64,000 bases of DNA from the human T2T-CHM13v2.0 reference genome, Homo sapiens (GCF_009914755.1 NC_060947.1), one strand, 5' to 3'; numbered from the stretch's first letter, positions 40,335 through 58,870 are shown. The notes: generated from the sequence alone by a model not told the origin. Numbers and translations: made by a program.

Positions 40335-43300
40335 GGGGTGGAGCCAACATGGCCAAATAGGAACAGCTCAAGTCTACAGCTCCCAGTGTGAGTGACACAG
40401 AAGATGGGTGATTTCTGCATTTTCAACTGAGGTACTGGGTTCATCTCACTGGGGAGTGCTGCACAGTGGGTGCAGGACAGTGGATGCAGTGCACTGTGCA
40501 TGAGCCAAAGGAGGGTGAAACATTGCCTCACCCAGGAAGCACAAAGGGTCAGGGAATTCCCTTTCCTAGTCAAAGAAAGGGGTGACAGATGGCACCTAGA
40601 AAATCGGGTCACTCCCACCCTAATACTGTGCTCTTCCAAAGGGCTTAACAAACGGCACACCAGGAGATTATATCCTGCACATGGCTCGGAGGGTACTATG
40701 CCCACGGAGCCTTGCTCATTGCTAGCACAGCAGTCTGAGATTAAACTGCAAGGTGGTAGCGAGGGTGGGGGAGGGGTGCCCACCATTGCTCAGGCTTTAG
40801 TAGGTAAACAAAGCTGCTGGGAAACTCGAACTGGGTGGAGCCCACCACAGCTCAAGGAGGCCTGCCTGCCTCTGTAGGCTCCACCTCTGGGAGCAGGGCA
40901 CAGACAAACAAAAGACAACAAAAACCTCTGCAGACTTAAAAGTCCCTGTCTGACAGATTTGAAGACAGTAGTGGTTCTCCCAGCATGCAGCTTGAGATCT
41001 GAGAATGGGCAGACTGCCTCCTCAAGTGGGTCCCTGGCTCCCAAGTACCCTAACTGGGAGGCACCCCCAAGTAGGGGCGGACTGACACCTCACACGGCCA
41101 GGTACTCCTCTGAGACAAAACTTCCAGAGGAAGAATCAGGCAGCAGCATTTGCGGTTCACCAATACCCGTTGTTCTGCAGCCACTGCTGCTGATTCCCAG
41201 ACAAACAGGGTCTCTAGTGGACCTCCAGCAAACTCCAACAAACCTGCAGCTGAGGATGCAGACTGTTAGAAGGAAAATTGACAACCAGAAAGGACATCAA
41301 AACAAAACACCCATCTGTACATCACCAAAATCAAAGACCAAAGGTAGATAAAACCATAAAGATGGGGAAAAAACAGAGCAGAAAAACCAGAAACTCTAAA
41401 AATCAGAGCACCTCTCCTCTTTCAAAGGAACGCAGCTCCTCACCAGCAATGGAACAAAGCTGGATGGAGAATGACTTTGACGAGTTGAGAGAGGAAGGCT
41501 TCAGAAGATCAAACTACTCCCAGCTAAAGGAGGAAGTTTGAACAAATGGCAAAGAAGTTAAAAACTTTGAAAAAAATTTAGACGAATGGATAACTAGAAT
41601 AACCAATGCAGAGAAGTCCTTAAAGGACCTGATGGAGCTGAAAACCACAGCATAAGAACTACGTGACAAATGCACAAGCCTCAGTAACCGATGCGATCAA
41701 CTGGAAGAAAGGGTATCAGTGATGCAAGACAAAATGAATGAAATGAAGCGTGAAGACAAGTTTAGAGAAAAAAGAATAAAAAGAAATGAACAAAGCCTCC
41801 AAGAAATATGGGACTATGTGAAAAGACCAAATCTACATCTCATTGCTGTACTGGAAAGTGACAGGGAGAATGGAACCAAGTTGGAAAACACTCTGCAGGA
41901 TATTATCCAGGACAACTTCCCCAATCTAGTAAGGGAGGCCAACATTTAGATTCAGGAAATACAGAGAATGCCACAAAGATGCTCTTCGAGAAGAGCAACT
42001 CCAAGACACATAATTGTCAGATTCATCAAAGTTGAAATGAAGGAAAAAATGTTAAGGGCAGCCAGAGAGAAAGGTCGGGTTACCCACAAAGAGAAACCCA
42101 TCAGAGTAACAGCAGACCTCTCGGCAGAAGCTCTACAAGCCAGAAGAGAGTGGTGGCCAATATTCAACATTTTTAAGAAAAGAATTTTCAACCCAGAATT
42201 TCATATCCAGCCAAACTAAGCTTCATAAGTGAAGGAGAAATAAAATCCTTTACAGACAACCAAATGCTGAGAGATTTTGTCACCACCAGGCCTGCCCTAA
42301 AAGACCTCCTGAAGGAAGCACTAAACATGGAAAGGAAAAACCGGTACCAGCCACTGCAAAAACATACCAAATTGTAAAGATGATCAAGGCTAGGAAGAAA
42401 TTGCATCAACTAACGAGCAAAATCACCAGCTAACATCATAATGACAGGATCAAATTCACACATAACAATATTAAACTTAAATGTAAATGGGCTAAATGCT
42501 CCAATTAAAAGACACAGAATGGTAAATTGGATAAAGAGTCAAGACCCATCAGTGTGCTGTATTCAGGAAACCCATCTCACGTGCAGAGACACACATAGGC
42601 TCAAAATAAAGGGATGGAGGAAGATCTACCAAGCAAATGGAAAACAAAAAGAGGCAGGGGTTGAAATCCTAGTCTCAGATAAAACAGACTTTAAACCAAC
42701 AAAGATCAAAAGAGACAAAGAAAGCCATTACATAATGGTAAAGGGATCATTTCAACAAGAAGAACTAAATAACCTAAATATACATGCACCCTATACGGGA
42801 GCACCCAGATTCATAAAGCAAGTCCTTAGTGACCTACAAAGAGACTTAGACTCCCACACAATAATAATGGGAGAATTTAACACACCACTGTCAACATTAG
42901 ACAGATCAATGAGACAGAAAGTTAACAAGGATATCCAGGAATCGAACTCAGCTCTGCACCAAGTGGACCTAATAGACATCTACAGAACTCTCCACCCCAA
43001 ATCAACAGAATATGCATTCTTTTCAGCACCACACCACACCTATTCCAAAATTGACCATAGTTGGAAGCAAAGAATTCCTCAGCAAATGTAAAAGAACAGA
43101 AATTATAACAAACTGTCTCTCAGACCACAGTGCAGTCAAACTAGAACTCAGGATTAAGAAACTCACTCAAAACCGCTCAACTACATGGAAACTGAACAAT
43201 CTGCTCCTGAATGACTACTGGATACATAAAGAAATGAGGGCAGAAATAAAGATGTTCTTTGAAACAAACGAGAACAAATACACAACATACCAGAACCTCT

Positions 43301-46300
43301 GAGACATATTCAAAGCAGTGTGTAGATGGAAATTTCTAGCACTACATGCCCACAAAAGAAAACAGGAAAGATCTAAAATTGACACCCAGACATCACAATT
43401 AAAACAACTAGAGAAGCAAGAGCAAACACATTCAAAAGCTAGTAGAACACAAGAAATAATTAAGATCAGAGCAGAATTGAAGGAAATAGAGACACAAAAA
43501 ACCCTTCAAAAAATTAATGAATCCTGGAGCTGCTTTTTCACAAACATCAACAAAACTGATAGACCGCTAGCAAGAATAATAAAGAAGAAAAGAGAGAATA
43601 ATCAAATAGACACAATAAAAAATGACAAAGGGGATATCACCACCGATCCCACAGAAATACAAACTACCATCAGAGAACACTATAAATACCTCTATGCAAA
43701 TAAACTAGAAAATCTAGAAGAAATGGATAAATTCCTCGACACATACACTCTTCCAAGACTAAACCAGGAAGAAGTTGGATATCTGAATAGACCAATAACA
43801 GGCTCTGAAATTGAGGCAATAATTAATAGCTAACCAACCAAAGAAAGTCCAGGACCAGATGGATAAACAGCAGAAATCTACAAGAGGTACAAGGAGAAGC
43901 TGGTAACATTCCTTCTGAAATTATTCCACTCAATAGAAAAAGAGGGAATCCTCCCTAACTCATTTTATAAGGCCAGCATCATCCTGATACCAAAGCCTGG
44001 CAGAGACACAACAAAAAAAGAGAATTTTAGACCAATATTCCAGATGAACATCAATGCAAAAATCCTCAATAAAATACTGGCAAACTGAATCCCGCTGCAC
44101 ATCAAAAAGCTTATCCACCATGATCAAGTGGGCTTCATCCCTGGGACGCAAGGCTGGTTCAAAATATGCAAATCAATAAACGTAATCCAGCATATAAACA
44201 GAACCAAAGACAAAAACCACATGATTATCTCAATAGATGCAGAAAAGGCCTTTGACAAAATTCAACACCCCTTCATGCTAAAAACTCTCAATAAATTAGG
44301 TATTGATGGGACGTATCTCCAAATAATAAGAGCTATCTATGACAAATCCACAGCCAATATCATACTGAATGGGCAAAAACTGGAAGCATTCCCCTTGAAA
44401 AATGGCGTAAGACAGGGAAGCCCTCTCTCACCACTCCTATTCAACATAGTGTTCGAAGTTCTGGCCAGGGCAATCAGGCAGGAGAAGGAAATAAAGGGTA
44501 TTCAATTAGGAAAAGAGGAAGTCAAATTGTCCCTGTTTGCAGATGACGTGATTGTATATCTAGAAAACCCCATTGTCTCAGCCCAAAATCTCCTTAAGCT
44601 GAGAAGCAACTTCAGCAAAGTCTCAGGATACAAAATCAATGTGCAAAAATCACAAGCATTCTTATTCACCAATAACACACAAATAGAGTGCCAAATCATA
44701 AGTGAACTCCCATTCACAGTTGCTTCAAAGAGAATAAAATACCTAGGAATTCAACTTACAAGGGATGTGAAGGACCTCTTCAAGGAGAACTACAAACCAC
44801 TGCTCAATGAAATCAAAGAAGATACAAACAAATGGAAGAACATTCCATGCTCCTGGGTAGGAAGAGTCAATATCGTGAAAATGGCCATACTGCCCAAGGT
44901 AATTTATAGATTCAATGCCATCCCCATCATGCTGCCAATGACTTTCTTCACAGAATTGGAAAAAACTACTTTAAAGTTCATATGGAACCAAAAAAGAGCC
45001 GGCATCGCCAAGGCAATCCTAAGCCAAAAGAACAAAGCTGGAGGCATCACACTACCTGACTTCAAACTATACTACAAGGCTACAGTAAGCAAAACAGCAT
45101 GGTACTGGTACCAAAACAGATATAGACCAATGGAAGAGAACAGAGCACTCAGAAATAACACCACACATCTACAACCATCTGATCTTGACAAACCTGACAA
45201 AAACAAGAAATGGGGAAAGGATTCCCTATTTAATAAATGGTGCTGGGAAAACTGGCTAGCCATATGGAGACAGTTGAAATTGGATCCCTTCCTTACACCT
45301 TATACAAAAATTAATTCAAGATGGATTAAAGACTGAAATGTTAGACCTAAAACCATAAAATCCCCAGAAGAAAACCTAGGCAATACCATTCAGGACATAG
45401 GCATGGACAAGGACTTCATGTCTAAACCACCAAAAGCAATGGCAACAAAAGCCAAAATTGACAAATGGGATCTAATTAAACGAAAGAGCTTCTGCACAGC
45501 AAAAGAAACTACCATCAGAGTGAACAGGCAACCTACAGAATGGGAGAAAATTTTTGCAATCTACTCATCTGACCAAGGCGTAATATCCAGAATCTACAAT
45601 GAACACCAACAACTTTACAAGAAAAAAACAAACAACCCCATCAAAAAGTGGGTGAAGGATATGAACAGACACTTCTCAAAAGAAGACATTTATGCAGCCA
45701 AAAGACACATGAAAAAATGCTCCTCATCACTGGCCATCAGAGAAATGTAAATCAAAACCACAATGAGATACCATCTCACACCAGTTAGAATGACGATCAT
45801 TGAAGTCAGGAAACAACAGGTGCTGGAGAGGATGTGGAGAAATAGGAACACTTTTACACTGTTGGTGAGACTGTAAACTAGTTCAACCATTGTGGAAGTC
45901 AGTGTGGCGATTCCTCAGGGATCTAGAACTAGAAATACCATTTGACCCAGCCATCCCATTACTGGGTATATACCCAAAGGTTTATAAATCATGCTGCTAT
46001 AAAGACACATGCACACGTATGTTTATTGCGGCACTATTCACAATAGCAAAGACTTGGAACCAACACAAATGTCCAACAATGATAGACTGGTTTAAGAAAA
46101 TGTGGCACATATACACCATGGAATACTATACAACCACAAAAAATGATGAGTTCATGTCCTTTGTAGGGACATGGATGAAGCTGGAAACCATCATTCTCAG
46201 CAAACTATCGCAAGGACAAAAAACCAAACACCGCATGTTCTCACTCATAGGTGGGAATTGAACAATGAGAACACATGGACACAGGAAGGGGAACATCACA

Positions 46301-46473
46301 CACAGGGACCTGTTGTGGGGTGGGGGGAGGGGGGAGGGATAGCATTAGGAGATATACTTAGTGTTAAATGACGAGTTAATGGGTGCAGCGCACCAACATG
46401 GCACATGTATACATATGTAACAAACCTGCATGTTGTGCACATGTACCCTAAAACTTAAAGTATAATAAAAAAA
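40335..46473 (+). mobile_element. Full-length, inactive L1PA4/5-like LINE-1
   Basis: 5'UTR GGGGTGGAGCCAACATGGCC; ORF1 ATG at 41362 with stops; ORF2 MTGSNSHITIL at 42441 with several frameshifts and stops; FADD retained; 3'UTR gacgagttaatggg; short A tail. Confidence 0.95.
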
Positions 46474-47271
46474 ATGAACAAACTAATACATGCAACCACT
46501 TGGATGGATCCCAAAGGCATAATACTGAGTGAAAAAAAAAAAGGAAACCTCAAAACGTCATATACTGTAGGATTACTTTTGCATAACATTCTTTTTTAAA
46601 AAAATTATATTCAGGGGGTACATGTGCATGCTTGCTAAGGGTACATGGTGTGAAGCTGATGTTTGGGCTTCTAATGATCCCATCACTCATATAGTGAAAA
46701 TAGTACCCGGTAGAAAGTGTTTTAGCCTCTCCCCTCCTCATTCAATCCCTTCCCCCTTTTGGAATACCTAGTGCCTATTGTTTCCATCATTATGTCCAGG
46801 TGTGCCCAATGTTTACCTCCCACTTTGAAGTGAGAATATTTAATATTTGGTATTCTCTTTATGCAATAATTCACTTAGAATGATGGCCTGCACCTACATC
46901 CATGTTGCTGCAAAGGATATAACTTCATTCCTTTTTATGGCTGCACAGTATTCCATGGTGTATAGGTACCACATTTACTTTATCCAATATGGCATTGAGA
47001 AACACCTAGGTTGATTCCATAGTTTTGCTACTGCAAACTGTGCTGTAATAAACATAAGAGTGCAGGTATCTTTTAATGTTTTCCTTTCAATATACACACA
47101 GTAATAGGATTGCTGGGTCAGATGGTGGTTCTATTTTTCAATCTTTGATAAATCTTCAAACTGCTTTCCACAGTGGCTGAATTAATTTATGTTTCCAAAA
47201 ACAGTGTAAAAGTCTTCTATTTTCTCTGCAGCCTCATAAGCATCTGTCATGCTTTGACTTTTTAATAATAG

Positions 47272-50565
<3,294 letters not shown>

Positions 50566-50639
50566 GAATTGTAAAAAAAAAAAATTATAAATAAAACAAA
50601 GAAGAATATGTGAGAGGAGCTGAATGTGCCCCATAAAGC

Positions 50640-50680
<41 letters not shown>
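50566..50680 (+). other. L1 3' transduction with a second poly(A) tail
   Basis: GAATTGT-A12-TTATAAATAAAACAAAGAAGAATATGTGAGAGGAGCTGAATGTGCCCCATAAAGCCT-A39 lies between the L1 poly(A) and the 3' TSD copy. Confidence 0.93.
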
Positions 50681-50682
<2 letters not shown>

Positions 50683-50769
50683 ATAGTCATTCGACTAGTG
50701 TGAGATGGTATCTTATTGTGGTTTTGATTTGCATTTCTCTAATGATAAGTGATATTGAGCTTTTTAAAA

Positions 50770-53700
50770 TTTTTTTCTACTATGCTTTAAGTTCTGGGGT
50801 ACATGTACAGAATATGGAGGTTTGCTACATAGGTATACACGTGACAAGGTGGTTTGCTGGATACATCAAACTGTCATCTATGTGATGTATTTCTCCTAAT
50901 GCTATCTGTCCCCTAGCCTCCCATTCCCTGAAAAGCCCCAGTGTGTGACGTTCTCCTCCATGTGCCCATGCATTCTCACTGTTCAACTCCCAACTCCCAC
51001 TTATGAGTGAGAACATGTGCTGTTTGGTTTTCTGTTCCTGTGTTAGTTTGCTGAGAATGATGGTTTCCAGCTTCATCCATGTCCCTGCAAAGGACATGAA
51101 CTCATCGTTTTTTATGGCTGCATAGTAGTCCATGGTGTATATGTGCCACATTTTCTTTATCCAGTCTATCATTGATGGGCATTTGAGTTGGTTCCAAGTC
51201 TTTGCTATTGTGAATAGTGCCACAATAAACATACGTGTGCATGTGTCTTTATAGTAGAATGATTTATAATCCTTTGGGTATATACCCAGTAATGGGATTG
51301 CTGGATCAAATGGTATTTCTACTTCTAGATCCCTTAGGAATTGCCACACTGTCTTCCACAATGGTTGAACTAATTTACACTCCCACCAACAGTGTAAAAG
51401 CGTTCCTATTTCTCCACATCCTCTCCAGCATCTGTTGTTTCCTGACTTTTTAATGATCATCATTCTAATTGGTGTGAGATGATATCTCATTGTGGTTTTG
51501 TTTTGCATTTCTCTCATGACCAGTGATGATAAGCATTTTTTCATATGTCTGTTGGCTGCATAAATGTCTTCTTTTGAGAACTGCCTGTTCGTATCCCTCA
51601 CCCACTTTTCAATGAAGATGTTTGGTTTCTCTGGTAAATTTGTTTACATTTTTATAGATTCTGCATATTAGCCCTTTGTCAGATGAGTAGATTGCAAAAT
51701 TTTTCTCCCATTCTGTAGGTTGCCTGTTCACTCTCATGATAGTTTATTTTGCTGTTCAGAAGCTCCTTAGTTTAATTAGATCCCATTTGTCTATTGTGGC
51801 TTTTGTTGCCATTGTGTTTGGTGTTTTATTCATGAAGTCTTTGTCCATTCCTATGTCCTGAATCGTATTGACTAAGTTTTCCTCTAGGATTTTTATGGTT
51901 TTAGGTCTTATGCCTAAGTCTTTAATTTATCTTGAGTTAACTTTTGTATAAGGTGTAAGGAAGGGGTCCAGTTTCAGTTGTCTGCATATGGCTAGCCAGT
52001 TTTCCCAACAATATTTATTAAATAGGGAATATTTTCCCCATTTCTTGTTTTTGTCAGGTTTGTCAAGATCAGATGGTTGTAGATGTGTGGTGTGATTTCT
52101 GAGGCCTCTGTTCTGTTCCATCATTCTATATATCTGTTTTAGTAGCAGTACCATGCTGTTTTGCTTACTGGAGCCTTGTAGTATAGTTTGAAGTCAAGTA
52201 GTGTGATGCCTCCAGATTTGTTCTTTTTGCTTAGGATTGTCTTGGCTATGTGGACTCTTTTTTGGTTATATATGAAATTTAACGTAGTTTTTTCTAATTC
52301 CATAAAAAAAGACAAAGGTAGCTAAATGGGGATACCATTGAATCTATAAATTACTTTGGGCCATATGGCCATTTTCACGATATTGATTCTTCCTATCCAT
52401 GAGCATGGAATCTTTTTCCAATTATTTTTGCCCTCTCATTTCCTTACATAGTGGTTTCTAGTTCTCCATGAAGAGTTCCTTCACATACCTTGTAAGTTGT
52501 ATTCCTAGGTATTTTATACTCTTTGTACCAATTGTGAATGGGAGTTCACTCATGATTTGGCTCTGTTTATCTATTATTGGTGTATAGGAATCCTTGTGAT
52601 TTTTGCACATTGATTTTGTATCCTGAGACTTAACTGAAGTTGCTTATCAGTTTAAGGAGATTTGGTGCTGAGATGATGAGGTTTTCTCAATACAGAATCA
52701 TGTCATCTGCAAACAGACAATTTGACTTCCCTTTTCCTATTTGAATACCCTTTATTTCTTTCTCTTTCCTGATTGGCCTGGCCAGAACTTCCAATACTAT
52801 GTTGAATAGCAGTGGTCAGAGAGGGCATCCTTGTCTTGTGCCAGTTTTCAAAGGGAATGCTTCCAGCTTTTGCCCATTCAGTGTGATATTGGCTGTAGGT
52901 CTGTCATAAATATCTCTTATTATTTTGAGATACTTTCCATCAATACCTAATTTTTGAGACTTTCTGTCATGAAGGTTGTTGAATTTTGTCAGAGGCCTTT
53001 TCTTCATCTATTGAGATAATCATGTGGTTTTGTCATTGGTTCTATTTAAGTAATGGATTACATTTATTGATTTATGTATGTTCAATCAGCCTTACATACC
53101 ATGGTTGAAGCCGAGTTGATCGTGGTGGATAAGCTTTTTTGATGTGCTTTTGGATTCGGTTTGCCAGTATTGTGTTGAGGATTTTTGCATTGATGTTCAT
53201 CAGGGATTTCAGGGATATTGGCCTGAAATTTCTTTTTTGTGTGTCTCTGCCAGGTTTTGGTATCAGGATGATGATGGCCTCATAAAATGAGTTAAGAAGG
53301 ATTTCCTCTTTTTCTGTTGTTTGAAATAATTTCAGAAGCAGTGGTACCAGCTCCTCTTTGCACCTCTGCTAAAATTCCACTGTGAATCTGTCTGGTCCTG
53401 GACATTTTTTGGATGGTAGGATATTAATTACTGCCTCAATTGCAAAACTTGTTATTGGTCTATTGAGGGATTCTACTTCTTTTTTGTTTAGACTTGGGAG
53501 AGTGTGTGTGTCCAGGAATTTATCCATTTCTTCTTAATTTTCTAGTTTATTTAAGTAGAGGTGTTCATAGTATTCTCTGATGGTAGTTTTTATTTCTGTG
53601 GGATCAGCGGTGATTACTCCTTTATCATTTTTTATTGCAACTATTTGATTCTTCTCTCTTTTCTTCTTTGTTAGTCTGGCTACTGGTCTATCTATTTTGT

Positions 53701-56700
53701 TGGAGTTTTCAAAAAACCAGCTCCTGGATTCATTTATTTTTTGAAGGTTTTTTTTCATGTCTCTATCTTCATTTCTGCTCTGATCTTAGTTATTTGTTGT
53801 CTTCTTCTAGCTTTTGAATTTGTTTGCTCTTCCTTCTCTAGTTCTTTTAATTGCGATGTTAGAGTGTCAATTTTAGATCTTTCCTGCTTTCTCTTGTGGG
53901 CATTTAGTGCAATAAATTTCCCTTTAAACACTGCTTTAAGTATGTCCCAGAGATTCTGGTATGCTGTGTCTTTGTTCTCATTAATTTCAAAGAACATCTT
54001 TATTTCTGCCTTAATTTTGTTATTATCCAGTAGTCAGGAGCAGGTTGTTCAGTTTCTATGTAGTTGTGTGGTTTTGAGTGAATTTCTTAAACCTGAGTTC
54101 TAATTTGATTGCACTGTGGTCTGAGAGACTGTTTTTTATAATTTCGTATTTGCCAGGAGTGTTTTACTTACAATTAAATGGTCAATTTTACAATAAGTGC
54201 GATGTGGTGCTGAGAAGAAAGTATATTCTGTTGATTTGGGGTGGAGAGTTTTGTAGATGTCTGTTAGGTTCACTTGGTCCAGAACTGAGTTCAAGTCCTG
54301 AACATCCTTGTAAATTTTCTGTCTCACTGATTTTTCTAATATTAACAGTGGGGTGTTAAACTATCCCACTCTTATTGTATGGGAGTCTAAGTCTCTTTGT
54401 AGGTCTCTAAGGACTCACTTTATGATTCTGGGTGCCCCCGTATTGGGTGCATATTTGTTTAGAATAGTTAGTTCTTGTTGCATTGATCTCTTTACAATTA
54501 TGTAATGGCCTTCTTTGTATTTTTTTTATCTTTGTTGGTTTAAAGTCTGTTTTATCAGAGACTAGGATTACAATCCCTGCTTTTATTGCTTTCCATTTGC
54601 TTGGTAAATATTCCTCCATCCATTTATTTTGGGCTTATGTGTGTCTTTGCACCCAAGATGCATCTCCTGAATACAGCACACTGATGGGTCTTGACTCTTC
54701 ATCCAATTTGCCAGTCTTTTAATTGGGATATTTATCCCATTTACATTTAAGGTTAATATTGATATGTGTGAATTAGATGCTGTCATTATGATGATAGCTT
54801 GTTATTTTGCCTGTTAGTTGATGCTGTTTCTTCATAGTGTAATCATCTTTAAAATTTGGTATGTTTTTGCAGTGGCTGGTACCAATTTTTCCTTTCCATT
54901 TTTAGTGCTTCCTTCAGGAGCTCTGGTAAGGCAAGCCTGCTGGTGACAAAATCTTTCAGCATTTGCTTGTCTGAAAAGGATTTTATTTCTTCTTCACTTA
55001 TGAAGCTTAGTTTGGCTGAATACGAAATTCTGGGTTTAAATTTCTTTTCTTTACAAATGTTAAATATTAGCCCCCACTCTCTTCTGGCTTGTAGGGATTC
55101 TGCAGAGAGATCCGCTGTTATTCTGAGGGCTTCCAATTGTCAGCAACCCGACCTTTCTCTCTGGCTGCCCTTAACATTTTTTCCTTCATTTCAACCTTGG
55201 TGAATCTGATGATTATATGTCTTGAGATTGCTCTTCTCGAGGAATATCTTCATGGTGTTCTCTGTGTTTCCTGAATTTGAATGTTGAACTATCTTGCTAG
55301 TTGAGGAAGTTCTCCTGGATTATATTCTGAAGTGTTTTCCAACATGGTTCCATTTTCCTTGTCACTTTCAGGTACCCCAATCAAACATGGATTTGATCTT
55401 TTCACATACTCCCATATTTCTTGGAAGCTTTGTTCATTCCTTTTCTTTCTTTTTTCTCTAATCTTGTCTTCTCACTTTATTTCATTAAGTTGAACTTCAA
55501 TCTCTCATATCCTTTCTTCTGCCTGATCATTTTGGCTTTGGATACTTGTGTATGCTTCACGAAGTTCTTGTGCTGTGTTTTACAGCTCCTTCAAGTCATT
55601 TATGTTCTTCTCTAAACTGGTTATTCTAGTTAGCATTTTGTCTAACCTTTTTTCAAGGTTCTTAGCTTTCTTGCATTGGGTTAGAACATGCTCCTTTAGC
55701 TTGGAGGAGTTTATTATCCACCTTCTGAATCCAACTTCTGTCAATTCATCAAACTCATTCTACATCCAGTTTTGTTCCCTTGCTGGCAATAAGTTGTAAT
55801 CCTTTAGAGGAGAAGAGGCATTCTGGTTTTTTGAATTTTTAGCTTTTTTGCGCTTGTTTCTCCCAATCTTTGTGGATTTATCTACCTTTGGTGTTTGATG
55901 TTGGTGACCTTCAGATGCGGTTTCTTAGTGTATGTCCTTTTATTGATGTTGATGATATTCCTTTCTGTTTGCTAGTTTTCCTTCTAACAGGCCCCTCTTC
56001 TGCAGGTCTGCTGGAGTTTCCTGGAGGTCCACTCCAGACCCTGTTTCCTGGATATCACCAGCGGAGGCTGCAGAACAGCAAAGATTGCTGCCTGTTCCTT
56101 CCTCTGGAAGATTTGTCCCAGAAGGGCACCTGCCAGATGCCAGCCAGAGCTCTCCTGTATGAGGTGTCTGTCAGCACATACTGGGAGGTGTCCCCCAGTC
56201 AGGAGACACCGGGGTCAGGGACTCACTTGAGGAGACAGTCTGACCCTTAGCAGAGCTCAAACGCTGTGCTAGGAAATCTGCTGCTCTCTTCAGAACCTTC
56301 AGGTAGGGACGATTAAGTCTGCTGAAGCTTCACCCACAGCCGCCCCTTCCCCCAGGTGCTTTGTCCTAGGAAGTTGGGGGTTTTATCTATTAGCCCATGA
56401 TTGGGGCTGCTTTCTTTTTTTTCAGAGATGCCCTGCCCAGGGAGGAGAAATCTAGTGGGGTAGTCTGGCCACAGTGACCTTGCTGAGCTGTGGTGGGCTC
56501 CGCCAAGTTTGAACTTCCCAGCAGCTTTGTTTACACTGTGAAGGTAAAACGGCCTACTCAAACCTCAGTAATGCTGAACGCTCCTCCCCTCACCAAGCTT
56601 GAGCGTCCCAGGTCTACCTCAGATTGCTGTACTGACAGCAAGAATTTCAAGCCGGTGGATCTTAGCTTGCTGGGCTCTGTGGTGATGGGAACTGCCGAGC

Positions 56701-56735
56701 CAGACCACTTGGCTCCCTGGCTTCAGCCCCCTTTC
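50770..56735 (-). mobile_element. Near full-length inactive L1PA7/8-like LINE-1, antisense
   Basis: Minus ORF2 pieces (50825-51601, 53534-53997), ORF2 start MTASNSHISILTLNVNG at 54786, ORF1 pieces, 5'UTR truncated at ~56735. Confidence 0.92.
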
Positions 56736-57096
56736 CATTTTTTACATTAGCCACTTCTATAACATCTTTTCAGAAGGATCTGTTTTTGTCCTTTGACCCA
56801 CTTTTTAATGGCATTATTTGTTTTTTCTTGTTGATTTGTGTAAGTATTTTATAGATTCTGAGTATTAGTCGTTTTTTTCGATGCATAGGTGGCAAATATT
56901 TTCTCCCATTCTGTAGGTTGTCTGTTTGCTCTGCTGATAGTTCCTTTTGCTGTGCAGAAGTTCTTTCAGTTAATTTGGTTACAGAAGATCTTTAGGTAAA
57001 TTAGGTTCAACTTGTCAATTTTTGGTTTTGTTGTATTGCTTTTGGGGACTTAGCCAAAAGAAATTCTGGCCAAGGCTGATTTCAAGAATATTTACA

Positions 57097-57250
57097 GGCA
57101 AGGTGCAGTGGCTCATGACTGTAATTCTAGCAATTTAGGAGGCTGAGGCCGGTGGATTACCTGAGCCCAGAAGTTCAAGCCCAGGCTAGGCAACATTGTG
57201 AGACCCAGTGTCTATAAAAAAAAAAAAAAAAGTAAGAAATAAATAAAAAG
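57097..57250 (+). mobile_element. FLAM / free left Alu monomer with A tail
   Basis: ggcaaggtgcagtggctcatg...gcaacattgtgagaccc followed by an A-run. Confidence 0.8.
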
Positions 57251-57896
57251 AAGGGTATTTCATAGGTTTACTTCTAGGATTTTTATAGTTTGAGGGTTTA
57301 TTGTTAAGTCTTTAATCCATGTAGAGTTAATTTTTCTATATGGAAGAAACGTAGAAATTGTTTCATTATTCTGCTTATGGTTAGCTACTTTTCTCAGAAA
57401 CATTTATTACATAAGAAATCCTTCCTCGATTGTTTATTTTTGTGTAGTTTGTTGAAGATCAGTTTATTTCTGGTTCTCTACTCTATTCCATTGTTCCATC
57501 TGCTTATTTTGGTACCAGTACCATGCTGTTTTGGTTACTGTAGTCTTATAGTATAGTTCGAAGTCAGGTAATGTGATGCCTCCAATTTTGTTCTTTTAAA
57601 ATTGCTTTGGCTATTTGTATTCTTTTTTGGTTTCATATAAGTTTTAGAATAGTTTTCTCTAATTCTGTGAATAAAAACCATGTGGTAATTTGATAGAAAT
57701 AGCACTGAGTCTGTAGATTGCTTTGGCTTGTAGAAACATTTTTATGATATTGTATCTTCCAATGCATGACCATGAAATGCTTATTTGTTTGTGTAATCTA
57801 TGACTTTTTTCTTCAGTGTTTTGTAGTTCTCATAGAGATCTTTCCTTCTTGGTTAGATGTATTCCTAGGTATTTTGTGTGTGTGTGACTATTATAA

Positions 57897-58291
<395 letters not shown>

Positions 58292-58870
58292 CTAAAATTT
58301 TATTTAAGTGGCTTATCATATCTAGGATCCTTTTGGTGGAAACTTTAGGGTTTTCTAGGTATAAAATCATATCATCTGCAAAAAGAGGTAATTTAACTTC
58401 TTTTCCAATTTTGATACCCTTTATTTTTTCTTCTTGCCTGATTCCTGTAAGACTTTCAGTACCATGTTGAATAACACTGGTGAGAGTGAAAATTCTTACC
58501 TTGTTCTAGTTCTTAGAGGTATGATTCTACTTTTTTGCCCATTCAGTATGATATTGGCTGTGGGTTTCTTACAGATGGCTCTTATTATTTTGAGGTATGT
58601 TCCTTTGATGCCTAAAATGTTCATGGTTTTTATCATAAAGGGATATTTGATTTTATTTAATGTTTTTTCTGCATCTATTAAAATGAAGTCAGGTAACATG
58701 ATTCTTCCAGCTTTGTTCCTTTTTGCTTTGGATTGCCTTGGCTATTCAGGTGATTTATTAATTCCATATAAATTTTAAAACAATTTTTCTAGGTCTGTAA
58801 AGAATGTCATTGGTAGTTTGATAGGAATAGCATTGAATCTGTACATTGCTTTAGGTAATGTAGCCATTTT

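Noticed and set aside
40325-41351. Overlapping 130-153 aa ORFs, including a possible ORF0
   Set aside because: GC-rich L1 5'UTR frames; I could not verify an intact ORF0.
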